A stretch of DNA of 64,000 nt from a virus (IMGVR_UViG_3300001598_001658:64001-128000); one strand, 5' to 3'. Shown: positions 42,090-52,540, counted from the first letter of the stretch. Made by a program: numbers and translations. Notes: generated by a model not told the origin, from the sequence alone.

Positions 42090-42779
42090 ATGAATAATAA
42101 TGAGTTTCATTTTGATGATGAACGTGGTAATAATTTTAATATCACGGTAAATCATTTTCACATGACGCCACAAAATCCGATGGGTAATTTATTGAATACA
42201 ATGACTCAGATGGCTATGGTTAATTCAATTATGAATCAGAATTTATTATCTGAGCCAAAAAATGAATTATTAGAAGCTGCGCCTATTCATAGACATGTAA
42301 TAGCAGCTATTGAAGATGATTCGACAAAAATTCAGTATGAAATTAAAGATGAACCAATATATGAAGTTAGATTTAAAAATATGAGAGATATTCCAGACTC
42401 TATTATTGTCGATGTTGTATTAGATAAAGAGATAGATCTTGATAAGTTTACAAAAGATTATAGAGCTATTTCGGATTCAATAAAATATAAACTTTCGACA
42501 ATATCAGAAAAAACTGATAATTTTATATTTACAATCGATTTACAAAACATCGGTAAAATATCTTGTATGAAAATTTCGACAAACTATTATAAAAGGTTAT
42601 TAGAAAAATTCGGACAAGGAAAAGATTCTGTATTTTTCTCTCAAAGCGTTGCCGAAAAGCTTCAGGTTCCTTTTGCAGAAATATTGAATGAAATTGATTT
42701 TATAATCGATTTAGAAATTTTGGTTAGTAATAGATATGATTCATTAAATTCCAAATACCACATTAAAAAGGAGTGTTAA
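42090..42779 (+). CDS. hypothetical protein (229 aa)
   Basis: AAGGAG RBS; TATATTAT at 42039-42046. Confidence 0.75.
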   Translation: MNNNEFHFDDERGNNFNITVNHFHMTPQNPMGNLLNTMTQMAMVNSIMNQNLLSEPKNELLEAAPIHRHVIAAIEDDSTKIQYEIKDEPIYEVRFKNMRDIPDSIIVDVVLDKEIDLDKFTKDYRAISDSIKYKLSTISEKTDNFIFTIDLQNIGKISCMKISTNYYKRLLEKFGQGKDSVFFSQSVAEKLQVPFAEILNEIDFIIDLEILVSNRYDSLNSKYHIKKEC

Positions 42780-42781
42780 AA

Positions 42782-43045
42782 ATGCCAGAAGGAATTACAA
42801 TTAACATCAATAATTCTGGGGATAACAGAAATGCAAATGGACGCAATTTTTCATTATCAGATATCAAAGATATTCTCGATGATAAATACAAAGATGTAGA
42901 AGAAAAGGTTTCTGAAATAGAAAGATATTATAATATCAAAAGAGACCCTTATCTTCATGAAAGGTTGAGTATTATTGTAACAAGTTACAAATCTTTCACA
43001 AAAGCATATAATGATTTCAACAATTGGTATATCGCAAATAAGTGA
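42782..43045 (+). CDS. hypothetical protein (87 aa)
   Basis: AAGGAG then ATG 42782; terminator downstream at 43053-43090. Confidence 0.7.
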   Translation: MPEGITININNSGDNRNANGRNFSLSDIKDILDDKYKDVEEKVSEIERYYNIKRDPYLHERLSIIVTSYKSFTKAYNDFNNWYIANK

Positions 43046-43093
43046 TTGTGTGAAATAAAAGTAGAGGGATCTTTCCCTCTACTTTTATTTTTT

Positions 43094-43363
43094 TTAAATT
43101 CCTAAAATGTTTTTAAATTCACGTTGATTATTTCCAAAATAGGTTTTATAATCTTCGTTTTCTTTCTTAATTTTATTTTGACCTCTATTATCTATATCTA
43201 CCAATTGCATAGAACCTTTATTATCCAAAATAATATTAAGTTTCTCACATTCTGTACGAAAATCATCTTCTGTGATTTCTCCATCTTCCATTTGATGTCG
43301 CAATTCGATATATTTGACTTCGAGATTAAAATTTCTTGTTTCTTCAGGTTTTATTTCTTGCAT
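43094..43363 (-). CDS. hypothetical protein (89 aa)
   Basis: Likely start ATG 43363 (MQEIKPEE...) after GGAG, overlapping the end of the HTH gene. Confidence 0.65.
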   Translation of the reverse strand: MQEIKPEETRNFNLEVKYIELRHQMEDGEITEDDFRTECEKLNIILDNKGSMQLVDIDNRGQNKIKKENEDYKTYFGNNQREFKNILGI

Positions 43364-43596
43364 GATTCGATCTCCAAATTTTTTAAAATATTTGCTTCGA
43401 TAAATGATAAATTCATAGTACCAGCAAACCATTCTGTAAAATCGGAAGGTATTGGGCTCAATCCTCTTAGCATTTTGCTAAATTTTTTAGGACACATCCC
43501 ATAAGCTCTAGCAATTTTTGCCTGATATATTTTTTTCGAATCTAAAATCGCTTTTATTTGCGATCCATATTTTGTAAGTTCATACTTGATTTCCAT
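43351..43596 (-). CDS. XRE-family helix-turn-helix protein
   Basis: IKAILDSKKIYQAKIARAYGMCPKKFSKMLRG pattern; AGGAG RBS. Confidence 0.7.
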   Translation of the reverse strand: MEIKYELTKYGSQIKAILDSKKIYQAKIARAYGMCPKKFSKMLRGLSPIPSDFTEWFAGTMNLSFIEANILKNLEIESCKK

Positions 43597-43611
43597 ATTT
43601 ATTCTCCTACT

Positions 43612-45729
43612 CTAATTAAACATCATACTTTTAAGTTGTGAAAGATTTTGAATTGTAAAATCCATATTATTACGAATAGTTTCATTTTTACTATTGACTC
43701 GTTCAGAAAGTTTATCAGGAGTTGTATCAAAATTCTCCTCCTCATCTTCCATAATTTCTTCAGGATTTTGAAGCATTTCAATATTTCTTTCAAATTTATT
43801 ATTTTTACTATCATATAATCTTATATTAATATTATTCATAGTTTCACTGATATCACTTTCATTATTATATGAATGATCTATATTTTTATTAATATTGTTA
43901 AAATTAATAGTTCCATCAGAATTAACATAAGTATCTGCTACATCGCCAGTAATTATATCTTTCATATTTGTCATATAATTACCTTTATTGGTTACACGAG
44001 CCTGATCTACTTTGGACTCACCATCTATAACGCATCCGATTAAAGATACATCAATATAATGACTAGCATTTTTAGCATAAGTTAAGAACCATCTTACAAA
44101 CAAATAAGCCATTAAAGTATCATCGTGTCCATTCTTAGGATGATCAATTCTACCATTTCTTGTAACTTCAAGTCCTATAATCTCATTAATGATATGCGAA
44201 TCGTGTATCTGTTTATACTGATTTACTACTGCAACTCTTAAAAGATCTTTATAAAGAATAGGACGTGTTTTAGAAGTTGTAGCAAAACCAGGTTTTCCAT
44301 CTTCACTACAATAAATTCTATTTGCTAATCCATATCCATTTTCAATCAATGAATCGCATAACGCAACACCAATATAGTTTCTTTCGATCACAGCTATAGA
44401 ATTACTAAATACATTTACCAATATATTTGCAATACATTTAGCAAAACGGTTTGTAGAGAACTGATTTGAACGTAATACAGCAACAACCTCATAGTTAGTA
44501 GGATCTACAACTACGAATGTCGAGAAGTCATGTAAAAGGTTACCACCAGTATCTATACCACAAACATAAGTTTTATTGAAATCAATTTCTTCAATCTTTC
44601 TATATAACTTTAAGAAATATACATCATCTATTACCAAAACATCAGATGGATCATGAATTTGACTTGCAACTTTATCAACCAATTCTTTTCCTAATGGATG
44701 TTCTCCACCAGTTTTCTGCCATCTATTTAAAACTTCACGTTGGAATGCTTCTTCTGATGTAGAGTCTTTCTTCATCTCTTCGAGATATGTATCTGGTTTA
44801 CCTAAATCATAATACATATATTCGATACGCAAGAAAGAGTTTGTAGAGTTTTTGAAAACCATTTCTTTAACTGTTTTTATTTCATAGTCATACATTTTTT
44901 CTGTAAAATCACAACACGAATTAAGAAAGTTAAAACCCCACATACCAGAATCATCATCGAGACGTCCTACAGAGGAACTCATAATACGATGATAATGTGA
45001 ACCATTTTTCTTTGCAATATCAGCAACAGTTTTATAAGCAAATGAAGATGAGTCATAAATTTCACCAATCTGAGGAATAAAGTTTAACTCATCAAACCAC
45101 ATACAAGGAGTCGAGAAACCACGACCAACTTTAGAAGCTTCTTCTGGAGATTTAGAAGGAGCTTTAATACGTAAGTGATTATAATATTCATCTGTTACAA
45201 ATTTCATTTCTCGAGAGTTATCTTTATCTGTAGCAGCGTTGTACAAATTTAAATAAGCCGGAAATGTATCGCGTATTTCTTTAATACGAGTCATGTTACC
45301 TTGTAAGATTGCATCAGAGTATGAGAAAAGCATAAATTCTGTATTTCTACAACCCCAATAGAAAAACCAACTATACATAGCACAAATAGTGTATGTTTTA
45401 TAACACTGACGTGGTAATACAATAAATGTAGACAAATTATTTAATAATGCCCAACAAACAGCTAGTGTAGCACGTGTTAATTCAAATGGTCGTTTTTCAC
45501 CAGCAGTAGGAATACGTACGATTTCACGTAAGTAATACCACGGATTATTTGCAATCTCATTATGAACGCGCAACATAGTTTCTTTATCGAGATCATCTCG
45601 TAAAGGATCTACATTTAATAATTTTTCATCTTTAAGTTCTAGAAAGAAATCACAGTTCTTTACACCAAAGTCTTTTAAGATAGTATACATCTTTAAAAAA
45701 CTAAGGTTTTTTGTATTATATTGAATCAT
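43612..45729 (-). CDS. terL: terminase large subunit
   Basis: NPWYYLRE, Walker A-like PRQCYKT, Walker B MWFDE, nuclease GIDTGG...DFS, IERN and HDDTLMA motifs; likely start ATG 45729. Confidence 0.9.
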   Translation of the reverse strand: MIQYNTKNLSFLKMYTILKDFGVKNCDFFLELKDEKLLNVDPLRDDLDKETMLRVHNEIANNPWYYLREIVRIPTAGEKRPFELTRATLAVCWALLNNLSTFIVLPRQCYKTYTICAMYSWFFYWGCRNTEFMLFSYSDAILQGNMTRIKEIRDTFPAYLNLYNAATDKDNSREMKFVTDEYYNHLRIKAPSKSPEEASKVGRGFSTPCMWFDELNFIPQIGEIYDSSSFAYKTVADIAKKNGSHYHRIMSSSVGRLDDDSGMWGFNFLNSCCDFTEKMYDYEIKTVKEMVFKNSTNSFLRIEYMYYDLGKPDTYLEEMKKDSTSEEAFQREVLNRWQKTGGEHPLGKELVDKVASQIHDPSDVLVIDDVYFLKLYRKIEEIDFNKTYVCGIDTGGNLLHDFSTFVVVDPTNYEVVAVLRSNQFSTNRFAKCIANILVNVFSNSIAVIERNYIGVALCDSLIENGYGLANRIYCSEDGKPGFATTSKTRPILYKDLLRVAVVNQYKQIHDSHIINEIIGLEVTRNGRIDHPKNGHDDTLMAYLFVRWFLTYAKNASHYIDVSLIGCVIDGESKVDQARVTNKGNYMTNMKDIITGDVADTYVNSDGTINFNNINKNIDHSYNNESDISETMNNINIRLYDSKNNKFERNIEMLQNPEEIMEDEEENFDTTPDKLSERVNSKNETIRNNMDFTIQNLSQLKSMMFN

Positions 45730-45793
45730 AATTTCTCCTATATATAAATGTAGAAAATAAAACTTTATTAACAAATGTGTATAGAGGCATTAT

Positions 45794-46414
45794 ATGGCAA
45801 ATGAAATTGAATTCAAAGTTCCAATTGAAGAAAAAGATTTAAAAAGATTTTTGGAAAATAAACCGTTATGGACATCATTAAATCTTAATACGAAATATGT
45901 AGAAACAAAACTTGATGAATTTTTTGAAAATCCCGAAACAAATAAAGGAAATGTTGTGAGAATTCGAGGAGTTACAATTCTTAAATCTATTGATGATTTT
46001 TTCAAACCAGGTGGAAAAAATAATAAAGATTCAAAATATTATTTGTGTTATAAGCGTAAAAATAAATCGTCAGATGGATTATCTGAAATTACAGAAGAGT
46101 ATGAAACTTTAATTGAAGATCATACTGTTTTTGAAAAGATAATGGAAGCATGTAAACACAATATTTTCTTTAGGAAAATGAAAAAAGCTATTAATGTAGA
46201 ATTCTTACAAGACAAACAAAGAAATAATTACAATATTGAGTTTGTTTGTGTAAATGATAAATTCTATTATCTTGAAGTAGAATGGATTGGGAATTTCAAT
46301 AATGTTGCTAAAAATCCAAATGAAGTAATTAAATATCTTGAAAATAGATGTAGAGATCTTGGCTTTGATCCTACAAACAAAGATCCTCGTATGTGGAGAG
46401 AAATAGTTAAATAA
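45794..46414 (+). CDS. CYTH-domain (triphosphate tunnel) protein
   Basis: N-terminal ExExK (EIEFK), VRIR, YK, EEYET and LEVE motifs. Confidence 0.8.
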   Translation: MANEIEFKVPIEEKDLKRFLENKPLWTSLNLNTKYVETKLDEFFENPETNKGNVVRIRGVTILKSIDDFFKPGGKNNKDSKYYLCYKRKNKSSDGLSEITEEYETLIEDHTVFEKIMEACKHNIFFRKMKKAINVEFLQDKQRNNYNIEFVCVNDKFYYLEVEWIGNFNNVAKNPNEVIKYLENRCRDLGFDPTNKDPRMWREIVK

Positions 46415-46442
46415 ATTTAATAGTAGCACTATATGTGCTACT

Positions 46443-46497
46443 ATTCTTATTTTCGTAATAACGATATATTTTAATCGCATATTATATTGTGAAAGGC
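46443..46497 (+). promoter_or_regulatory. extended conserved motif, partial copy D
   Basis: CGTAATAAC...AATCGCATATTATATTGTGA matches the 3' part of the copy at 63269-63320. Confidence 0.55.
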
Positions 46498-46572
46498 TGA
46501 GTAGGAGAAATGAAAAGCCGCCTAGTTAGAAAGGCTGATCCCAGAGAGGCAATAATCACAAGGAGAAAAACT

Positions 46573-46843
46573 ATGAAAGTAAATGGAAAACACATCATGA
46601 CATCGGAACAGGAAATGTATTATTTAGCTAATGGCTTCGAATGGTTCCTCTTAGAAGAATACTACAATCTTAAAGCGGAATCAAATACATCTGGATATTG
46701 GCTACTCAAAAAAAGGCGTTGAGAAAAACTCAAACGGTAAAGTAGTTATGGTTCTGTGTAAAGTTATTCAAATAGGTTATTGTGACCCAAATAAAACATC
46801 AGGATGTCGGCTAAGAACTGGTAGACCTGATGCTGGTCGTTAG
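46573..46843 (+). pseudogene. small hypothetical gene frameshifted at an A7 run (46708-46714)
   Basis: AAGGAG plus ATG at 46573. With A6 the frame continues LKKGVEKNSNGKVVMVLCKVIQIGYC... to TAG 46843, just before the terminator at 46862-46901. Confidence 0.6.
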
Positions 46844-46861
46844 TCTACTTCCATATCTCGT

Positions 46862-46901
46862 CCGCTGTATACTCGAAAGAGTTGCAGCGGTTTTCTTTTT
46901 T
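46862..46901 (+). terminator. intrinsic terminator
   Basis: CCGCTGTA..ACTC-GAAA-GAGT.TGCAGCGG followed by a T-run. Confidence 0.8.
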
Positions 46902-46967
46902 GTATTAAATATATTTTTTAATATATATTATAACATGAAAAAATAATAACATTCCAGGAGGTAAAAT

Positions 46968-47300
46968 ATGGAATTATTAATGACAATAACAGCTACAGCA
47001 ACTTTCATCATAGGATGTATTTATCTTAAACTAAAACGAAGAGAGTGGCATAGAAAACGGGCCAAACAAATTGAGAGGGAATCTCTTATCGATATGGAAC
47101 GCAAATGTTCATATGCAATCACACAGGAGATTATACACGAACGTTTTGGTAAAAATTTAGATAGATTTACGGATTTCTATAAAGAGATTTGTGTAACCAT
47201 GAATGATTTTAGAGAAAATAAAATGGAGTTTCAAAATTATAAAAATTTGAAACTATCATTCTATAGATTTTACGAAGACTGTGGTCTTCCAAATTTCTAA
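46968..47300 (+). CDS. small protein with an N-terminal membrane anchor
   Basis: AGGAGG RBS, hydrophobic N-terminus followed by a basic stretch; TATATTAT at 46924-46931. Confidence 0.7.
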   Translation: MELLMTITATATFIIGCIYLKLKRREWHRKRAKQIERESLIDMERKCSYAITQEIIHERFGKNLDRFTDFYKEICVTMNDFRENKMEFQNYKNLKLSFYRFYEDCGLPNF

Positions 47301-47375
47301 TGAAAATAAAGTGGGGTTATACCCACTTTATTTTTTTAACATTTTATTATATTAAATTTATAGAGAGGTAAAAAT

Positions 47376-48155
47376 ATGTTCGGATTGTGTCCATTTGAAA
47401 TATTTGAATTTCAACATGCGGTTACATATTTTGAAGCTTTAGGGAATATACGATATTCAAAATATTCACATTCCTTAAATTGGTTTAAACTATATATTAA
47501 TCTTATTAAAGATAATATTTTCACAAAAAATTGCGAAGAATATAAAAACCTACAATCGTTTAAGAAAATCGAAACTAACGATGAAAGTTTTAAAAAAGCA
47601 TGCTATACTTATTTTGATTTTATATGTAATAATGAAATTGATAATGATCAACTATATAAATTTTTTAATATTCCGCTAGATATTTATAATCAAATGTTTG
47701 ATGAGGAAGAAAAACATAATATGATTAGAAATCATATCAGATTTGATTCTTTTAAATGTTATAAATGTAAGCATTTTTATGAAAAAATTTCATGTGTGGG
47801 TAATGATGGGGTTGAAATTTCTTTAGAAGGTGTACGAAGATTATATTCTAAAGATAATAGAATAATTAAAAATATGTTTTATATTTCTAAATTTATGTAT
47901 TGTCGAAAACGAGAAGAACTAGTTAAAGAATTAATGGCTTCGGACACTTATCCTTATAATAGAGAAAAAAGAACAAATGATGCGCTTGAAAAACATGGTG
48001 AATCAAAATATTTTTTATATAAAAAAGATGATAAAGGTGAATACGAACATCATTGGACATTGACACCCTTATCTTATGATAGAACCTGCAAACACTATGA
48101 AGAAGATAAAGAAATGAATTCAAATAAATTTGTAGAAAAATATTTAGATATTTAA
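47376..48155 (+). CDS. hypothetical Cys-rich protein (259 aa)
   Basis: CxxC..F...C...C pattern; GAGG RBS; AACA-N6-TA at 47338-47349. Confidence 0.7.
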   Translation: MFGLCPFEIFEFQHAVTYFEALGNIRYSKYSHSLNWFKLYINLIKDNIFTKNCEEYKNLQSFKKIETNDESFKKACYTYFDFICNNEIDNDQLYKFFNIPLDIYNQMFDEEEKHNMIRNHIRFDSFKCYKCKHFYEKISCVGNDGVEISLEGVRRLYSKDNRIIKNMFYISKFMYCRKREELVKELMASDTYPYNREKRTNDALEKHGESKYFLYKKDDKGEYEHHWTLTPLSYDRTCKHYEEDKEMNSNKFVEKYLDI

Positions 48156-48193
48156 ATAAAAGAGTACGGGATATTTTCCCGTACTCTTATTTT

Positions 48194-50461
48194 TTATAAT
48201 ATATTACTTAAGAATTCATCAAATTCATTGCAAAGAGATTCAAAAGATTCCATTTCGGGAGTAGGAACCGTTGTCACAGAAAGTTTTTCATTTTCAAGTT
48301 CAGTTTCTTTGAGACTCATTTCTTGAGCTAACTGAATCCCTCCAAAATCCGAAAATAATAAACCACCAACAACAGATTCATCTGCTTCTTCTTCAATTTT
48401 TTCTTTTAAATTTTCAAACGCAAGTCTTAAATCTTCTACGGATCTATTGGCGCATTCAATAGGAATCCAAGATTTAAATTCATCAGTATATTTGCTTGAA
48501 TCAAAGAGATCCTGTTTAGGAGCCATTTCGTTAATAGAATTAACTGTATATCCAATAGCAATTTCACCGATACTATTTTTAACATCTTCAAATGGCGAAT
48601 CGAAATAAAATCCGATAGCTTCATTAATTGCGATCCAAAATGAAATCAATGAAGAACTATTTCCATGTGTATTGATTGCTGTAGTTAAAAGAGAATTTTT
48701 TGTACTATAAGTACATTCTCTTTCTTTTAAGACATCATAAATTTTTCTAATATCTGAAATTTTTTCATTAGGATTAATGTAAACATATTCCTTTTTAGGA
48801 TTATTATAATCTACACTTTTATTAACCCATTGATCAAAAATTGCATTAGTTTCCCAACTCTCATTTAATACACATTCTGTATTGATTCCATAAACAATTG
48901 CATTTAAATTACGAATTACTTCATTATCATCATCTTTGACCATAATACTATTTGTTAAATATCGTTTTCCGATAGTAACACTTCTCATACGATTAAAGAT
49001 ATTTGTTAACGATACCTTTATTTCATTATATGTACTCTTCATATACTGTTTGTAATCAATATATCTTTTTCCGATTCTATCAATGTTTCCATCAGCAAAG
49101 TTTAAGCCGCCTGCATCTGCCATTCTTTTCTTAATAATAATGAATTTGGCAAATACATCAATAAAGTCTTTTCCAGTATCATAAATTCTTTTATTTAATG
49201 CATATGTTCCATCTGTTTTAATCATATCAGTATTTAAGAAACAACTATTCTTTACACTACATGTTGACCCGTTAAATGTTGAATCTGTAAAGCAGCACTG
49301 TAAAGCAGCAATTGTTTCTGGACTAAGTAAATAAAGCTGAGTTTTTGCAACATCGGCAATATTAACTAATTTTTTATGATTTAAATTGTTAAAAGGAATT
49401 CTTTTATAATTATAAGTTTCATATTTAAGTGTCAGCAAATAAGTAATCATATTTGCAAGAATACAATATTCATTTCTTTTTGTATAATCCTTAGTTGCAG
49501 CATATGAAATTGAATTAAGAAGTGTGCTGATATCAATCGTCATATGTCTTAATGCCATACCTGTGTTAATATCTTGACCCTGTGAGTCAAATCCACCAAG
49601 CATAGTTTTACGACAACTGTTTAAGATATCGTTGAAGATTGAATCCATTTCATTATTTGTGAATTCTTTAACCTTAGTCACTGTAGCTAAATAAGTAGTT
49701 ACCAATGAATATGAGATACGTTTTGTAAGTATTTTACTTACTTCATCCGCCCAATCATTTACACATTCTTCTTCTCTACAAACGAGACCATGAAAATATG
49801 AAGTATTTTCAAATTCACGACTTCCTGTAGCAGATAATTTCATAGATCTACGACAGAATGAAGAAATGATATCAAAAAGAGATGTAATATCAATAAGAAT
49901 ATCACAATCTGGTTTTTCGAATCCAATTCCAAAACCTGTCATCGGATCTTTCTCTTCTGCATACCAGAATTCATCTCCTTTATCTTTCTCTTCAATTCTG
50001 AATCTTGGAGATACTTTAATCATTGGAACACCAAGATCACCATATCCTTCATTTGTAATTCTTGAAATACATACCGAAGGATGTACGAGGTATTTGAATT
50101 TTACAGTAGAAATACCCATAGGATCTACACATTCTTTCCATTTATAATTTGTATCTGAATAAAAACAGAAGCAATCATTTTCAACCGCTTTGATTTCATT
50201 CATAAAATCAATATATGAATCTTTGTCGAGCGCAAAAAGAAGTTTGTCGAATGAAAGAGATAAAATAGATCTTATATCATTAATATTTCTAATTCTTCTA
50301 CGTTCATCGCTTTGTGACAATTCAACATATTTTTGATCGATGAGTTTTCCGTATTTAACGAAAATGTATGTCAAACGTTTAATTGCATTTGGCATAGCAT
50401 CCAATACGTATTTAACGGAGTCATCTACAATGTTTCTATCATTGCTTGTTACAAAAGACAT
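48194..50461 (-). CDS. putative virion structural protein (755 aa)
   Basis: Directly downstream of the major capsid gene; C-terminal SFE motif. Confidence 0.55.
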   Translation of the reverse strand: MSFVTSNDRNIVDDSVKYVLDAMPNAIKRLTYIFVKYGKLIDQKYVELSQSDERRRIRNINDIRSILSLSFDKLLFALDKDSYIDFMNEIKAVENDCFCFYSDTNYKWKECVDPMGISTVKFKYLVHPSVCISRITNEGYGDLGVPMIKVSPRFRIEEKDKGDEFWYAEEKDPMTGFGIGFEKPDCDILIDITSLFDIISSFCRRSMKLSATGSREFENTSYFHGLVCREEECVNDWADEVSKILTKRISYSLVTTYLATVTKVKEFTNNEMDSIFNDILNSCRKTMLGGFDSQGQDINTGMALRHMTIDISTLLNSISYAATKDYTKRNEYCILANMITYLLTLKYETYNYKRIPFNNLNHKKLVNIADVAKTQLYLLSPETIAALQCCFTDSTFNGSTCSVKNSCFLNTDMIKTDGTYALNKRIYDTGKDFIDVFAKFIIIKKRMADAGGLNFADGNIDRIGKRYIDYKQYMKSTYNEIKVSLTNIFNRMRSVTIGKRYLTNSIMVKDDDNEVIRNLNAIVYGINTECVLNESWETNAIFDQWVNKSVDYNNPKKEYVYINPNEKISDIRKIYDVLKERECTYSTKNSLLTTAINTHGNSSSLISFWIAINEAIGFYFDSPFEDVKNSIGEIAIGYTVNSINEMAPKQDLFDSSKYTDEFKSWIPIECANRSVEDLRLAFENLKEKIEEEADESVVGGLLFSDFGGIQLAQEMSLKETELENEKLSVTTVPTPEMESFESLCNEFDEFLSNIL

Positions 50462-50575
50462 TTTAGTTCCTCTTAAAAAAACAAGGACTGGGCGTTAACC
50501 CAGCCCTTGCTGTTATATGTTATAATCGTGCATAGTTATTCACTACACCGATAACCAACATCAAGATCACATTAA

Positions 50576-52540
50576 TTATTCACCTGAGCCAGCTTCAGTA
50601 GCTGTTGGTTTAATGTAATTTGGGATGTTTTCTCTTGCGAATGCATCAGCCTGGCCAATTTCGCGAGTACCACTTTCAGCACCGATACCTTCTTTACCAG
50701 CAGCGAATGCAGCAGCATTTGCCCAAAGGTTAAGATCATTTCCTTCAAGAGTAATACGAGCCTGTACCATAGTAGAAATACGTTTTGCATCACGTGAAGC
50801 AAAGAGCATTGCTGGACGATTGCGCATATCAGGAGAGATACTTGAGAATACACGGAACATGTATGGGAAGTAAATTGTTGTTGGAGCTGCGATTGTAAGT
50901 GACTTCTGAACTGCCCAGATTGGACGGCCGAGCCAACGTTCATCTTTAGAACCAATAACACGTGTCTTACGACCGAAGTTATCCATATATCCATAAGCAT
51001 CATCCATTGAGAATCCATAACGGAAGTTGTCAGATCCTTCGCCGCCTGTGATTTCAGCAGGTGTAGATGTCCAAGAAACATCTGGAAGAATATCAACATC
51101 TTCATCGTTAGCCATAATAATCCACTGACGCTGGAGATTTTTGTCGAAGTTACAGTATTTTTCAGAACGTGTAAAGATACGATTGAGATACTGTTTGAAT
51201 GCCATACGCTGTGGTCCGAGAATATCATCAGATCCACCTGGGTGACGAGGAATGATTGGATAAGAAGCAGAATATTTGTAGCCACCGAGTTTGAATGCGA
51301 GTTCAAATTCGTCAGCACCATACTGGTATTCATCTTCAATGAAGTTTTCAAGATCATTGTCACGAATTCCGGCATATGTTTCTGTCATCTGATCAGTCAT
51401 GAATGCCATCCAAGAAACGTTTTCACCGCCTGCATTGTAGTCAGCCATCATTTCAGGAATTACTGGGATAGAACCATAAATTTTGTTTTCAACGTCAAAT
51501 GACATTGTATAGTTATCCTGACCGTTCATGTATGTTTCCATTTCATTTGCAACGTTTGTTACACGTACATTGAAATGAACTGCTTCAACTTTGTCTGTAC
51601 CATCTGTAAGAACCTGGTAGTTACCAGTATCGAGATCGATAAGTGCAGAAACGCGTGCGATCATTACATCTGAAGTTCCATATGGAACCTTGATAACGTG
51701 ATCGAACATTCTTTCAGAAGTTTTACCTGTCTTGAGATCACGTTCGATACGTGTATGTACAACTTTCTTAGTTCCGTTTGGGAGCTTAACCTGTACATAA
51801 TCGATAGAACACTGGCGTTCAAGAGCATGTTTTCTCTTATCTACTGGTGTACCATCTGCAAATGCAGACTGATCCATGAGGTTACCAGTTGTACCAACTT
51901 TAACCATATGTATTTCTTTTGAATCTGCAGTTGTTGCTTTGATAATATTTTTATTATCAGCATTCTTGTCAACTGGTACTGGATCGCAGAGAGGTAAATC
52001 AAGCATACCTGCTACTGCACCATTACGAATTGCTTTAGGGAATGTTAAACGTTCGCCGCCGAGACCCTTCTGTGTGTAAGTAACTGTGTACTGACGCCAG
52101 AATGTTGGTTTGTCGTCGTGAATAATCTGAAATAATTCCAATGCACGTGAACGTGCAAGATATCCGGCTGTTAATACTGGAGACAAACGTGTCCATGTAT
52201 TATAGTTACCTGTAATTGCTGTTGCGCCATAACCTTCAACACCGATCTGATTTCCATCAACATCTGTATACTGTGAGAAAGGATTTGAGTGTTCCTGGAA
52301 TGAGTGTTTTACACAGCTCTTAAATGCATCCTGTAATGATTCACTTCCTTTGAACTGAGAAGCGAGTCCTGCAACGAGAGAATTCTTTAATTCTTCATTC
52401 TGAAGAACTGATTCGAATCCCATCGATGAGAATGGACTCTGGATGTTTTTAGCACGAGCTGCAGTTTCGAAACTACGTAAAACATTCTGGAAAGGCTGAA
52501 AGCGCAAAGTCTGATCTTTATGTGTCATCTGACTTGCCAT
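50576..52540 (-). CDS. major capsid protein precursor
   Basis: About 654 aa with very strong codon bias; N-terminal propeptide with GFE/GSE/GVE sites; head-module position; likely start ATG 52540 after GGAGG. Confidence 0.75.
   Translation of the reverse strand: MASQMTHKDQTLRFQPFQNVLRSFETAARAKNIQSPFSSMGFESVLQNEELKNSLVAGLASQFKGSESLQDAFKSCVKHSFQEHSNPFSQYTDVDGNQIGVEGYGATAITGNYNTWTRLSPVLTAGYLARSRALELFQIIHDDKPTFWRQYTVTYTQKGLGGERLTFPKAIRNGAVAGMLDLPLCDPVPVDKNADNKNIIKATTADSKEIHMVKVGTTGNLMDQSAFADGTPVDKRKHALERQCSIDYVQVKLPNGTKKVVHTRIERDLKTGKTSERMFDHVIKVPYGTSDVMIARVSALIDLDTGNYQVLTDGTDKVEAVHFNVRVTNVANEMETYMNGQDNYTMSFDVENKIYGSIPVIPEMMADYNAGGENVSWMAFMTDQMTETYAGIRDNDLENFIEDEYQYGADEFELAFKLGGYKYSASYPIIPRHPGGSDDILGPQRMAFKQYLNRIFTRSEKYCNFDKNLQRQWIIMANDEDVDILPDVSWTSTPAEITGGEGSDNFRYGFSMDDAYGYMDNFGRKTRVIGSKDERWLGRPIWAVQKSLTIAAPTTIYFPYMFRVFSSISPDMRNRPAMLFASRDAKRISTMVQARITLEGNDLNLWANAAAFAAGKEGIGAESGTREIGQADAFARENIPNYIKPTATEAGSGE

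Noticed and set aside
43612-45729. Intron or intein in terminase or other core genes
   Set aside because: Continuous ORF of expected size, with no intein splice motifs or homing endonuclease seen
46722-46860. Separate ncRNA downstream of the 49-aa ORF
   Set aside because: Better explained as the +1-frame continuation of the frameshifted gene ending at TAG 46843
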